Positions 10,908 to 21,966 of a DNA stretch of 64,000 bases are shown here, in pieces (position 1 is the first letter of the stretch; the number at the start of each line of letters is the position of its first letter). The notes below the pieces were generated by a model. The model saw only the letters and a list, made by a program, of their open reading frames with translations. It made no database searches and was not told where the DNA came from. Source of the DNA: an uncultured bacterium (GTDB lineage: Bacteria > Acidobacteriota > Thermoanaerobaculia > Multivoradales > JAHZIX01); contig CBDUPA010000002.1 in NCBI GenBank assembly GCA_965368975.1, positions 457,824 through 521,823 on the forward strand, given 5' to 3'. Made by a program: the position numbers and the translations under genes.

Positions 10908-12635
10908 TCAGGCCTGGTAGTCTTCGACGAAGCGAGCCTTGAAGGTCTCGATCGCGGCGATGAGGGTACTGGTCATTTCGTCGCTGAAACTGCCCCTGGC
11001 GTCCAGCTCGCTGACCAGGTCGGCGTGCTCGTCGCGCACGTACTCGATCATCTTGCGCTCGAACTCCAGCACCTGTGGCAGCGGCAGATCGTCCATGTAG
11101 CCCTTGGTACCGGCGAAGATGCTGATGATCTGACCGTTGACGTCGTACGGCGAGTACTGCGGCTGCTTGAGCAACTCGGCCATGCGCTGACCACGGTCCA
11201 GCTGACGCTGGGTGGCGGGGTCGAGTTCGGTTCCAAGCTGGGCAAAGGCTTCCAGTTCACGGAACGCCGCCATGTCGAGACGCAGTGAGCCGGCAATCTT
11301 CTTCATCGCCTTGCGCTGGGCGTTACCGCCCACGCGGCTGACACTGGTGCCAACGTTGACCGCCGGCCGGGTGCCAGCCAGGAAGAGGTCGGGCTCGAGG
11401 TAGATCTGGCCATCGGTGATCGAGATCACGTTGGTCGGGATATAGGCCGAGACCTCACCTTCCAGCGTCTCGATGATCGGCAGCGCGGTCATCGAACCGC
11501 CGCTGTCCGGGAAATGATGAACCTTGAACTTGTCCTTGTCCGACAGTGTCTCCAGCCAAGCCTCGGCACGCTCGACGCCCTCGGGGCGATGGTAGAGGCC
11601 GTCGCTATCGTCCGGGCGATGCTCTTCCGGTGCGTTCAAACCGTCTGGATGCTTGCGTGCCAGGGAACGATCCTTGGAGTCTTCAGGAGTGTCCGCGGGC
11701 ACAACGGCATACTCGTCGCGCAGCTTGACGGCGCGCTCGAGCAGGCGGGAGTGCAGGTAGAAGACGTCACCGGGGTAGGCTTCACGCCCTGGCGGACGGC
11801 GCAGCAGCAGCGACAGCTGACGGTAGGAGTACGCCTGCTTGGTCAAGTCGTCGTAGACCACCAGGGTCGCCTTGCCGTGGACGTACATGAAGTACTCGGC
11901 AATGGCGGCACCGGCATAGGGAGCGATGTACTGCAGCGGCGCGGCGTCGGAAGCACCCGCGGAGACGATGACGGTGTAATCCATCGCGCCGACTTCGCGC
12001 AGCTTCTCGATCACACCGGCGACCGTCGACTCCTTCTGGCCGATGGCGACGTAGACGCAGATGACGTCTTGGCCCTTCTGGTTGATGATCGTGTCCAGGG
12101 CGATCGCGGTCTTGCCGGTCTTGCGGTCGCCAATGATCAGCTCGCGCTGGCCGCGACCGATCGGGATCATGGCGTCGATCGCCTTGATACCGGTCTGCAG
12201 CGGCTCGGTCACCGGCTGGCGGCCGGCGATGCCTGGAGCCTTGACCTCCAGTGGTCGGCGCAGTTCACCGTCGACCTCCGCGCCACCGTCGAGCGGACGG
12301 CACAGCGGGTCGACGACACGACCGACCAGGTTGTCGCTGACCGGCACGCTGAGTAGCTCACCGGTGCGCTTGACCTCGTCGCCTTCCTTGATACCCAGGT
12401 AGTCACCGAGCACCACGACGCCGACAGAGCTTTCTTCCAGGTTGAGCACCTGGCCCATGGCGCCATTGGCGAAGACCACGCGCTCACTGGCCATGGCGTT
12501 CGCGAGACCGTAGACACGGGCAATGCCATCGCCGATCTCCAGCACACGGCCGACTTCGGCGAGGTCGACATCGCTACGATATTGTTGAATCTCTTCGGCG
12601 ATGACCGAGGAGATTTCGTCGACTTTGAACTTCAT
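10908..12635 (-). CDS. atpA: F1Fo ATP synthase alpha subunit (575 aa, with a ~56-aa insertion)
   Basis: [19 protein letters not shown]..., P-loop [29 protein letters not shown] long insert (KLRDEY...[11 protein letters not shown]) precedes [11 protein letters not shown]. Confidence 0.9.
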   Translation of the reverse strand: MKFKVDEISSVIAEEIQQYRSDVDLAEVGRVLEIGDGIARVYGLANAMASERVVFANGAMGQVLNLEESSVGVVVLGDYLGIKEGDEVKRTGELLSVPVSDNLVGRVVDPLCRPLDGGAEVDGELRRPLEVKAPGIAGRQPVTEPLQTGIKAIDAMIPIGRGQRELIIGDRKTGKTAIALDTIINQKGQDVICVYVAIGQKESTVAGVIEKLREVGAMDYTVIVSAGASDAAPLQYIAPYAGAAIAEYFMYVHGKATLVVYDDLTKQAYSYRQLSLLLRRPPGREAYPGDVFYLHSRLLERAVKLRDEYAVVPADTPEDSKDRSLARKHPDGLNAPEEHRPDDSDGLYHRPEGVERAEAWLETLSDKDKFKVHHFPDSGGSMTALPIIETLEGEVSAYIPTNVISITDGQIYLEPDLFLAGTRPAVNVGTSVSRVGGNAQRKAMKKIAGSLRLDMAAFRELEAFAQLGTELDPATQRQLDRGQRMAELLKQPQYSPYDVNGQIISIFAGTKGYMDDLPLPQVLEFERKMIEYVRDEHADLVSELDARGSFSDEMTSTLIAAIETFKARFVEDYQA

Positions 12636-12659
12636 GGCAGCTTAGTCCCCATCTTGTCT

Positions 12660-13253
12660 CTAGGCCGCGATGTGGTCGCGGCTCTGAATCTCTTGGGCAG
12701 CACGGCGGAGCAGGCTCTGCCCCATGTGCTCCAGCCTCGTCTTGACACTGGCGTCGACCTTGCGGTCTCCGACCTGCAAAATCATGCCCCCGATCAGAGT
12801 GCCGTCCACGCGTTCGTGCAGCACGGGCTCGAGGTCTAGATTCTGCTGGATGCCGGCACTGATCTTGGTGCGCAGGTCGTCGGTGAGCGGCACGGCGGTG
12901 GTCACTTGTACATCGACTCGGCGGGAAGCCTCCAGAATGCCTCGCCGGTAAGCCTCCGCGACGGCCGGCAGGAAAGCCAGCCGGCCCTTGCGGTTGAGCA
13001 CCTGTAGGGCGTCGACCAGCAGATCGCTAGTCTTGCCACGGAACATCGTCTCCAGGCTTTTGGCGCGCTCGGCGGAATCGATCAACGGGCTCCCGATGAA
13101 GGCTCGGAACGGCTCGGAACGGCTCGCGAACTCGGCCAGCGCTTGCAGTTCTTCTAGCAATTCGTCCTGCTGTCCCTGCTCCGCCGCCACGTGATACATG
13201 GCGTCGCTGTACACCCGAGCCAGGGCGAGCATGCGGTCGTCGATCTTGGCCAT
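12660..13253 (-). CDS. atpH: F1Fo ATP synthase delta subunit (OSCP)
   Basis: 197 aa; position between atpF and atpA; ...LLVDALQVLNRKGRLAFLPAVAEAY... delta-like. Confidence 0.8.
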   Translation of the reverse strand: MAKIDDRMLALARVYSDAMYHVAAEQGQQDELLEELQALAEFASRSEPFRAFIGSPLIDSAERAKSLETMFRGKTSDLLVDALQVLNRKGRLAFLPAVAEAYRRGILEASRRVDVQVTTAVPLTDDLRTKISAGIQQNLDLEPVLHERVDGTLIGGMILQVGDRKVDASVKTRLEHMGQSLLRRAAQEIQSRDHIAA

Positions 13254-13325
13254 GTTGCCTCGCTTCAGTGTTCGTTCAAGCCTGCGGCCGCCCCGGGTTG
13301 TCCCGGCGGCCTTGGGCCTGAGAAG

Positions 13326-13943
13326 TCAGTTGGCCCGCAGGTGGGAGATGGCGTCGATGGACTCGGCCACCAGGCGCTCGTGATCTTCGGGCTTCAGTTC
13401 GCGCTCGAGAATGCGAGCCGCGGCGGATGTGGCCAGCTGGGTGGCCTGTGCATAGACGTCCTTGACGGCCTGCTCCTTGGCACGCTCGATCTCGCCCTGC
13501 ACACGCTCGAGGGTTTCCTCCGCCTTACGGCGGGCCTCAGCCTCGATCTCCTGGCCGATTTCGACAGCTTTGCGGCGTGCTTTCTCCAGCGACTCGTCTG
13601 CGAGCTTGCGCGCCTCGGCCAGCTTGGCAGCGTACTCCTGCCGCTGCGCATCGGCTTCTTCGCGGTCCTTGCGGGCCTGCTCCAGGGAATCATGGATGAA
13701 GCGTTCGCGCTTCTGCAGCCCTTCGAGGATCGGACCCCAAACGAACTTGCCGAGCACGATCAGCAGAGCGATGAAAATGACAGTGGTCCACAGCGCGTTG
13801 CCGATGTCACCGGCAAACGGGTTGTTGCCACCCTCGCCACCGCCGGCAGCCCAGGCGGGCAGAGACACGAACGCGACCAGCAGAGCAGCTGCCGCAAGCA
13901 GTGCGGCGCTCACCCTGGGAGCGGTCTTGGTTTTGTTGATCAT
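13326..13943 (-). CDS. atpF: F1Fo ATP synthase subunit b
   Basis: 205 aa: N-terminal TM helix followed by a long charged coiled coil (EEADAQRQEYAAKLAEARKLADESLEKARRKAVEIGQEIEAEARRKAEE). Confidence 0.85.
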   Translation of the reverse strand: MINKTKTAPRVSAALLAAAALLVAFVSLPAWAAGGGEGGNNPFAGDIGNALWTTVIFIALLIVLGKFVWGPILEGLQKRERFIHDSLEQARKDREEADAQRQEYAAKLAEARKLADESLEKARRKAVEIGQEIEAEARRKAEETLERVQGEIERAKEQAVKDVYAQATQLATSAAARILERELKPEDHERLVAESIDAISHLRAN

Positions 13944-14091
13944 CGTACGAAGATCCTCAGGCAGCTTTGCAGATAGAAGACAGGGGCGACGCTGGGCCGC
14001 GCCCGGGAGACCGGGCGCGAACCAACCACGTCATGGGCCCACCACGAATGGCCAGCCACGGTTCAGATTGCCGCGTGTACCGGGCTCGGGG

Positions 14092-15407
<1,316 letters not shown>

Positions 15408-15502
15408 CTTCGGCTCCGTGGGTCTCGAGTGTTGGGAGTTTGCGCGAGGATCGCAGTGACCTGGCCCTCAACCATGAGAGCGGCCAGTTGCGAGAATCGC
15501 GA

Positions 15503-15913
15503 CTACTTGGAGGGCGACGACGGATCACCCTGGACCAGGATCAGTCGAGTGTCGACGATCAACAAGGCCATGTAGCTCAGTGCCAGCCAGAGAAGAAAGG
15601 GCTTCAGGGCCACCCAGCCCGAGAGCGCGATCAGGAGGCCCGCGAGGGCCACGATCACGAGACGGGCGCCCATCGCCGCCATGGCGGCGAAGACACCCTT
15701 CGGACCACCTAGATCGCGGCTGCGCAGGATGATCACAGCACCGACCAGCGCAGCAGCCAGGCTGACGGCGCACGCCAGCAGCAGAGCCGGCACGGCCGTG
15801 TCGCCCGCCAGCTTGCGCGTGATCGGGATGCCCACCAACACCAACAGCGTGGTGACGGCAACGGCGCTCAGTGCAAAGCGCAGCCAAGCCCACAATGGTG
15901 ATCCAGATGGCAC
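15503..15913 (-). CDS. atpI: ATP synthase protein I (AtpI-like small membrane protein)
   Basis: 136 aa, four predicted TM helices, located between atpZ and atpB. Confidence 0.6.
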   Translation of the reverse strand: MPSGSPLWAWLRFALSAVAVTTLLVLVGIPITRKLAGDTAVPALLLACAVSLAAALVGAVIILRSRDLGGPKGVFAAMAAMGARLVIVALAGLLIALSGWVALKPFLLWLALSYMALLIVDTRLILVQGDPSSPSK

Positions 15914-15927
15914 GGGTGACGCGTGTG

Positions 15928-16242
15928 TCAGCGTTCGTCTCCGGATTGCTTCAAAGAGTTCGAGTCCGAGCCTTCACGGCCCTTGCCGGCAACTGACGAA
16001 CCCGAACCTGCGCGCAAGGCGCCGCGAATCAGGTTGTACATGGCACCGACGAGACCGAGAAGGGCGCCGCAAAGAATGCCCCAAGGCCGACTGTCGTAGC
16101 GAAGATCCACCCAATACCCAACGAGAGCGAAACCCAGAACCGCGGCGGCGAAATCGAAGCCCAGACTGGCTGAAGTGAACGTCCCTCGAGAGCGTTCGCT
16201 GCGCCGGTGGCCTTCGCCGTCCTGCCCGTTACCGGTGGGCAT
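15928..16242 (-). CDS. atpZ: AtpZ/ATPase_gene1 family small membrane protein
   Basis: SLGFDFAAAVLGFALVGYWVDLRYDSRPWGILCGALLGLVGAMYNL matches the AtpZ two-helix GxxxG-rich motif. Start chosen at MPTGNGQ (ATG 16242); the track ORF extends to 16311. Confidence 0.6.
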   Translation of the reverse strand: MPTGNGQDGEGHRRSERSRGTFTSASLGFDFAAAVLGFALVGYWVDLRYDSRPWGILCGALLGLVGAMYNLIRGALRAGSGSSVAGKGREGSDSNSLKQSGDER

Positions 16243-16475
16243 CGGCCGTTCCCTACCTCGTCGTGATGGTGAGATTTTCGCCGGGTCGGCACCGCACGGA
16301 AGCGTGATCACGTGTGGCGTTGATTCTGGCGGCGGTCAGACTTCTAGTGAGCGGCCCGTTGCCGGTCCGCAGGCGGAGTGTAGCAATGTCGACCTTCGGG
16401 TTCAACCCCCACTGCAACTTTCCGCCGCCGCGCTCCAGTGCAGCGACTCGCGGCGACGGAAGCGCCCGGGCGGAA

Positions 16476-17882
16476 TCAGGCGAAACTGTGCCCTTGAATG
16501 ACCGCCCAGATGATCCACAAGATGGCCAACGGGCACAGCACGCGCACCAAGAAGCGCCAGAGGCCATAGAGCGGGAAGGGGCCATCGTTGCCCGCCTCCA
16601 GCTCGCCCTTGGTCAGGGAACGATCGAGCACCCACCCGGCGAAGACAGCAATCAGCAGCGCACCGATGGGCAGTAGCCAGTTGGTGCAGAAGTAGTCGAT
16701 GCCGCCAAAGAAACCCATGCCTCCCCACAGACCGGTGAGACCTCCGTGGGCGCCTAGCGACAGAGCCGATGGCAGGCCGAGCAGGAAGACGAAGCCGCCG
16801 AGAACGAGCGACGCTTTGCGCCGGCTCCAGCCGCGACGGTCGATGAAGTAGGAGACCACGACCTCGAGCAACGAGATGGTCGAGGTCAAAGCAGCGAAAC
16901 CCACCAGTAGGTAGAAGACCGGGGCGATCACGACGCCGCCGGGCAGTTCATAGAACATGCGCGGCAGGGTGGTGAAGAGGATGGTCGAGCTCTGACTGAA
17001 GGTCGCGTCGCGGGTGTCTTCAGGCACGCTGAAGATGATTGAGAACATGACCACCGAGGCAGCCATGGCGATGCCGGTATCGAGAAGGCAGATGGTGGCG
17101 GACGAGCGCGGAATCGAGTCGTTGCGCGAGACGTACGAGCCGTAGGTGATCATGGCTCCCATGCCAAGGGACAGGCTGAAGAACGCCAGGCCGACGGCCT
17201 CGAGCACACCATTGGCGGTGATCGGGCCGACATGAAAGAGGAAGCCGATGGCGTCGCCGAAGCCGGGAGTGCGAATCGAGTTCAGCACCAGCAGCAGCAG
17301 AATGCCGCCGAGGACTGGCATCAAGAACTTGGTGGTGCGCTCGATGCCAGACTTGACGCCCATCGCCACCACGCCCACGGTCGCAACCATGAAGACCAGG
17401 TGGAAGCCTAGTTGCATCGGCGCATTCCCGAGGAAGGAACCGAAGGAGCTGCCGAGATTCTCTGCGGTCTCGGCAGTGAAGCCCTGGACGGACCAGCTCA
17501 CGCACTTGCCGAAGTAGAAGACGGTCCAGCCAGCGACGATCGAGTAGTAGGACAGAATCGCGCAGCCTGCAGCCACTCCCATCCAGCCGACAGCTCCCCA
17601 CAACTTGCCGCCGACACGCCCTTTGGCCAGTTCGAGGAACGCTCCCACAGGGCTCTGCTGCGTACGCCTGCCGATCAAGATCTCGGCGACCATGATCGGC
17701 GCCCCGATCAACAGCACCGCGACCAGGTAGGTCAGAACAAAGGTGCCGCCATCATTGGCGTAGGTGACGTAAGGGAACTTCCAGATGTTCCCAAGGCCGA
17801 TCGCCGAGCCTGCGGCGGCCAGGATGAAGCCCAGACGGCCAAAGGTGCCGCGTGCGGACGCGGTGTCGGGTGCGGATTCCAT
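16476..17882 (-). CDS. Neurotransmitter:sodium symporter (NSS/SNF) family transporter
   Basis: NSS signature GLGNIWKFPY, ~12 TM helices. Start chosen at MESAPDT (ATG 17882), preceded by GGAGGTGG. Confidence 0.85.
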   Translation of the reverse strand: MESAPDTASARGTFGRLGFILAAAGSAIGLGNIWKFPYVTYANDGGTFVLTYLVAVLLIGAPIMVAEILIGRRTQQSPVGAFLELAKGRVGGKLWGAVGWMGVAAGCAILSYYSIVAGWTVFYFGKCVSWSVQGFTAETAENLGSSFGSFLGNAPMQLGFHLVFMVATVGVVAMGVKSGIERTTKFLMPVLGGILLLLVLNSIRTPGFGDAIGFLFHVGPITANGVLEAVGLAFFSLSLGMGAMITYGSYVSRNDSIPRSSATICLLDTGIAMAASVVMFSIIFSVPEDTRDATFSQSSTILFTTLPRMFYELPGGVVIAPVFYLLVGFAALTSTISLLEVVVSYFIDRRGWSRRKASLVLGGFVFLLGLPSALSLGAHGGLTGLWGGMGFFGGIDYFCTNWLLPIGALLIAVFAGWVLDRSLTKGELEAGNDGPFPLYGLWRFLVRVLCPLAILWIIWAVIQGHSFA

Positions 17883-18065
17883 TTGTCCACCTCCAGAGGG
17901 GGTAAGAGCCATGCCCGCGCGGTGCTCACGGCCAGCCCAGACGGCCTCGGATGCTCACCACGCCCAGATTGAACCAAGCTAGCAGGACGAGAAGATATCA
18001 CGAACAGACAGGGCACCCTGCGCTGCCCAGAGCCATGTTCAAGCGGCGCGGAACCGCCACGTGAA

Positions 18066-19058
18066 TCAGGGCTCGAGCGTGTGCGAACCCGACAGGCGAT
18101 CGCCGAGCGAGCGCCCCCTGAGCGCCAGCAGCAGCGGCAGCCCCGCCAAGGCCAAGGTCACCAAGGCCACCAGCCATCGGACGGTCGTCTGGACGAAGCT
18201 CAGGTTCTCACCACCCAGGCTGCGTGCACTCAGTCCCAGGCTCGCCATTCCCGGCGTCTGCCCCCAGAAAGCGAGAGGCACGACGGTGTAGAAGAAGGAG
18301 AAGACAAGCAAGAAGAGCAGCAGCGGCGGCCACTGGTGCTGGAGGTCGGGCGACACTCCCAGCAGGTAGTTGCCGATCAGCAGGATGCCCAGCACCGCCG
18401 CGTGGACCGCTAGGTCTGCCAGTCCGCCCAACAGGCGACTGGAAACCCGCGCTGGCCGCCCTCCGGTGGCGTAGCCCTCGGCATCGAGCTCCTCCACGCC
18501 ATAGTCGTCGAATTCGTCCTGACCTCCCAGGGCTCCCGCAGAACCCGCTGCCGCCTCGTCGAGCGGTACCGCGTACGGATCCTCTAGCTGGTCGTCGAGT
18601 AGGTCTTCGACATCGGGCAACTCGTGCCCCAGCGCAGAGACCGCCTGCGGCCCCTCGGCCTCCAGATCGGCTTCGTACGCCTCGTCGTCGTACGCCCCCT
18701 CATCGAACGAGTCTTCCCGGTCGCACCCGTCACCGGCAGCGCCCTCCGACTCTACGTCGAAGGGCGGCTCTCCCGCATCCTCTCCCCAGTCGTCGCCTGC
18801 GACCTCGCCATCGCCATCGTCCATGGGACCGTCGTAGATCAGGTTGGGAGCGGAACTGCCGACACGGGGCGGCGGCTCGGGCTCCGTCGCGGCCTCGGGA
18901 AACAGAGGCAGCGACTCAGCGAGATCGCGCGGCGGGCGCCGGGATCGCCCGCGACCATCACCGCGACGGCCGGGCACCTCATCATCGGCCTCGGCGGCCG
19001 TGGATTCGGTGCCCGCGAAGAGCGGTAGATCATCATACGTCGGAGGTCGGCGGCTCAT
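18066..19058 (-). CDS. RDD-family membrane protein with a long acidic low-complexity N-terminal region
   Basis: C-terminal RDD-like TM region (RVSSRLLGGLADLAVHAAVLGILLIG...QTTVRWLVALVTLALAGLPLLLALRGRSLGDRLSGSHTL). N-terminal 200 aa D/E-rich. Confidence 0.6.
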   Translation of the reverse strand: MSRRPPTYDDLPLFAGTESTAAEADDEVPGRRGDGRGRSRRPPRDLAESLPLFPEAATEPEPPPRVGSSAPNLIYDGPMDDGDGEVAGDDWGEDAGEPPFDVESEGAAGDGCDREDSFDEGAYDDEAYEADLEAEGPQAVSALGHELPDVEDLLDDQLEDPYAVPLDEAAAGSAGALGGQDEFDDYGVEELDAEGYATGGRPARVSSRLLGGLADLAVHAAVLGILLIGNYLLGVSPDLQHQWPPLLLFLLVFSFFYTVVPLAFWGQTPGMASLGLSARSLGGENLSFVQTTVRWLVALVTLALAGLPLLLALRGRSLGDRLSGSHTLEP

Positions 19059-19073
19059 GAGTTCCGCCCGTCC

Positions 19074-21740
19074 TCAGGGCACGGTCCGGAAGGGCAGGTA
19101 CTTGACGTAGATGCGGTAGAGCAGGTCGGCGTCCCGCTGCAGGTAGGTCTGCGCGAACAGCAGGTGGCGTCGAGCATCGGCATCGTCCGGATCGACATCG
19201 AGCAGTTCGGTGAAACTCTGCTCGGCGCTGTTGAGGTTGCCACGCTGCAGGCTCTGGACACCGATATTGTAGTAGCTGTAGGCGATCAGCAGCTTGATGT
19301 CCGGGTCGTCGGGCTCGTCGAGGTGACGACGCCACAACATCCGTAGCGCTTCTTCCCATTCGTTGCGCTCGAACAGCTTGATCTCCTCGCTCAGCGAGCG
19401 GGCCTTCTCTTCGGTGTCGAACAACCGCTGACTGTCGGCGGGTGACAGCGCCAGGGTCTCACCAGCAGCTCGGAACAATGCGCGCGCCTCGAGCATGCGA
19501 CCCTCGGAAACCGCCGTACGGGCGGCGGCTGCCAGGGCGTCGTGGCGTGCCTGCACAGCGGGATCGATCTCGGGGCCGTCCCCGTCGTCCGGCTGCTGCG
19601 CGCCCTCCCATTGGGCGATCAACGCCTGCGCTTCTTCATAGTGCGGACTGCTCGGCGGCAACTTCTTGAGCGACGTCAAGGCGGCCTCGGTGTTGCCGCG
19701 CTCGTACTGGGCACGCGCACGATCGATGGGCGAAAGTCGCTGTCCGGGCGTTTCTTGGCCGGCGGACGGATCTGGCGTGTTGGGGAAGAAGTCGTCGCGG
19801 TGCGTGAACACATACCAGCCACCGCCGAGCACCAGCGCCAGCACAAGGCCACCGATGAGCAGGAAACGACGCCGGGCACTGGCTCCACCGACCGCAACCT
19901 GACGCTTCTCTGCCGGGCCGCGCGGCGTGGACTCTTCGCCCGGCTCTGGCGGCACCATGATTTCTTTGGCGAGCATGTGCTCGGCCGCCGCCTCGATCGT
20001 GTCGGTCGTGTTGCCTTGCTCATCCACCTCGGGCATCTGGCCAGCTTCGAGCTGCTCCAGGAAGTCCCGAGCCTCGTTATTGCCGGGCTGAGCCGCGAGA
20101 ACCTGCTCGAAGGCCTGCTTGGCGGCGTCGGCATCCTGGGCCCTGAGAGCCTCCATGCCCTCCTGGAACACTTCCTCGACTTGCCGCTCCGACTCGGCCT
20201 TGAGCTGGCGCGCCTTGTCGATGCGCGTAGAGGCCTCTTCGTTGTCGAGATCGATCAGAAAGATGCGCGACCAAGCGTCGATGGCCCCCTGGTAGTCACG
20301 TTGCTCAAAGGCCTCCTGACCCTCGCGCAGCAAATCGTCAATACGGCTGTCGCCGCTCGGCGGAATCGGCTCTGACGCGGGTGCCGCTGGGACGGGTGCC
20401 GCGGGAACGGTAGCCGGCTCTGCGGCGGCTTCCGCTGCAGCGGGCTCCGGCGAGAGCTCTTCGACGGGCAGAGCTGGCGGTTCGCTCGTCGGCTCCGGTG
20501 ACGGCAAATCGAAGCCACCGCCGGCATCCTCGGACCCGAGGTCGAAACCACCCGGCGCGGAAGCAGCCTCCGGCGTTCCCAGATCGAAGCCATCTCCCAG
20601 ATCGAAACCCGCGTCCGGCCCGGCGGTAGCCGGCGCCGCGGGTGTGGCGGCCGGTGCAGCAGGCGGGACCGGTTCCGTGGGCAGCTCGAAACCACCGACA
20701 TCGGGCGGCGAGGCCGACGGCGGCGGCTCGAAACTCAAGTCCGCAGCGCCCAGCTCATCCGCGCCCAACTCTTCAGAACCGAGCTCTTCAGCGCCTAGCT
20801 CAAAGCCGCCACCCCCGAGATCGAAACCCGCACCCGCTTCCGCGGCGGGTGTCTCCAAGCTGTCCGCCGCCGGCTCGCCGAGATCCGCAAGCGAGAAGTC
20901 GAAGCCTCCCTGATCCACCGGCGCGGCTGCCGTCGGCTCGGCCGCGGCAGGAGGCTGCATCTTGACGGTCCCCAGCGGCTCCCCCGCACCCGGCACCTCT
21001 TCGGATGCCGGCTCTTCCAGGCTGCCGAAGTCCAGGCTCTCGAGATCGAAACCCTGGTCTGCCGGGGCAGCGGCCTGCTGAGCAGCTTGCTGCGCGGCGG
21101 CCTGTTGCGCGGCGGCCTGTTGCGCGGCGGCCTGCTGCGCGGCAACAGCCTGCGCGTGCGCCTGCAGCATCTGCGCGACCCGTGGGTTCTGGGGATCCAG
21201 CCCCTGCGCTTTCTTCAACTCTTCTGCCGCCACATCCAGCTCACCACGATCCAGGGCGCCAGCGGCCCCCCGCAGGAAGCCCTCGACGTATTGCGCGGTT
21301 TGCTGGCGCATCTGCACGGCCTGTACCAGCTCCTGCATGTCCTGGTGCTGCATCACCGTCGCCTGATACTTGCGCGCCAGCTGGAGCAGCTTGTCGAGGT
21401 CACCATCAGCCTGCAGCTTCTGTAGCGCTGCTCGCAGCTTGTTGGGATCGACCGCAGGAGCAGCCGCGGGAGCAGGCGCAGGAGCAGCCGCGGGAGCAGG
21501 CGTAGGTGCAGCCGCCGCTCCGGCAACCAGGTCTGCCGTCTCGACGGGCCCACCCTGCTGCAAGCGCTCCGCCAGAATCTGTGCCGGTCGGAACTGGGGA
21601 TCGAGACGCTGAATGAAATCGCATCCCAGCATCGCTTCCTGCACGCTGCCCTGTTGCGCGGAATCCAGGGTTTGCTTGAAGGTACCCAGAATTCGTTCAC
21701 GGGTTTCCTTGGGCAGCGAGGGGTTGCCTTGATATTCCAT
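19074..21740 (-). CDS. Large TPR-repeat membrane-anchored protein with a disordered acidic GFDL-repeat and QQAAA-repeat region
   Basis: Start chosen at MEYQGNP (ATG 21740). Single TM helix RRFLLIGGLVLALVLGGGWYVF. C-terminal TPR-like helices (EEAQALIAQWEG..., YSYYNIGVQSLQRGNLNSAEQSFTELLDVDPDDADARRHL). Central repeats GFDL/GFEL x~8 and QQAAA x4. Confidence 0.6.
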   Translation of the reverse strand: MEYQGNPSLPKETRERILGTFKQTLDSAQQGSVQEAMLGCDFIQRLDPQFRPAQILAERLQQGGPVETADLVAGAAAAPTPAPAAAPAPAPAAAPAVDPNKLRAALQKLQADGDLDKLLQLARKYQATVMQHQDMQELVQAVQMRQQTAQYVEGFLRGAAGALDRGELDVAAEELKKAQGLDPQNPRVAQMLQAHAQAVAAQQAAAQQAAAQQAAAQQAAQQAAAPADQGFDLESLDFGSLEEPASEEVPGAGEPLGTVKMQPPAAAEPTAAAPVDQGGFDFSLADLGEPAADSLETPAAEAGAGFDLGGGGFELGAEELGSEELGADELGAADLSFEPPPSASPPDVGGFELPTEPVPPAAPAATPAAPATAGPDAGFDLGDGFDLGTPEAASAPGGFDLGSEDAGGGFDLPSPEPTSEPPALPVEELSPEPAAAEAAAEPATVPAAPVPAAPASEPIPPSGDSRIDDLLREGQEAFEQRDYQGAIDAWSRIFLIDLDNEEASTRIDKARQLKAESERQVEEVFQEGMEALRAQDADAAKQAFEQVLAAQPGNNEARDFLEQLEAGQMPEVDEQGNTTDTIEAAAEHMLAKEIMVPPEPGEESTPRGPAEKRQVAVGGASARRRFLLIGGLVLALVLGGGWYVFTHRDDFFPNTPDPSAGQETPGQRLSPIDRARAQYERGNTEAALTSLKKLPPSSPHYEEAQALIAQWEGAQQPDDGDGPEIDPAVQARHDALAAAARTAVSEGRMLEARALFRAAGETLALSPADSQRLFDTEEKARSLSEEIKLFERNEWEEALRMLWRRHLDEPDDPDIKLLIAYSYYNIGVQSLQRGNLNSAEQSFTELLDVDPDDADARRHLLFAQTYLQRDADLLYRIYVKYLPFRTVP

Positions 21741-21910
21741 GCTAGCGCCTTCAAATGATTCGAATCTGGAGACCGGGGCCGTCCACCGGCGAGTCTTCCG
21801 CACTCGGACGGCCCATTTTGACATAGATCTTCCAGCGTGTGCGGGCAGGTGCCCCGTCGACGCTCATCAGCCCGAGCACCTACACAGGGGCTTCCAGCAC
21901 AAATGCAGAC

Positions 21911-21933
21911 GACCGGAGCACATGGCTCCGGTC
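21911..21933 (-). terminator. Perfect 9-bp-stem hairpin downstream of the hmgA stop (candidate terminator; member of the CACATGG-loop hairpin family)
   Basis: gaccggagc-acatg-gctccggtc, 34 nt beyond the hmgA stop on the minus strand. Confidence 0.45.
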
Positions 21934-21966
21934 GCATAGCAAGGCACGATCGCCACAGAGTGGCGG

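Noticed and set aside
13101-13130. ggctcggaac x2.5 tandem repeat inside atpH
   Set aside because: In frame and simply encodes the SEPFRAF segment of the delta subunit. There is no evidence of a functional role beyond a possible slippage duplication.
13191-13976. Long antisense ORFs overlapping real genes, e.g. 13191..13976, 18224..19060, 24494..25588, 31119..33353, 38184..39014, 45615..47447, 55683..56963, 58073..58825
   Set aside because: Typical of ~68% GC DNA, where stop codons are rare on non-coding frames. Each is antisense to, or out of frame with, a gene with clear family motifs, and translations are Arg/Ala/Pro-rich low-complexity.
16243-16475. Possible riboswitch or sRNA in the 233-bp atp-operon leader
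   Set aside because: No recognisable conserved riboswitch core motifs or strong terminator/antiterminator pair by eye; left as ordinary promoter/leader sequence.
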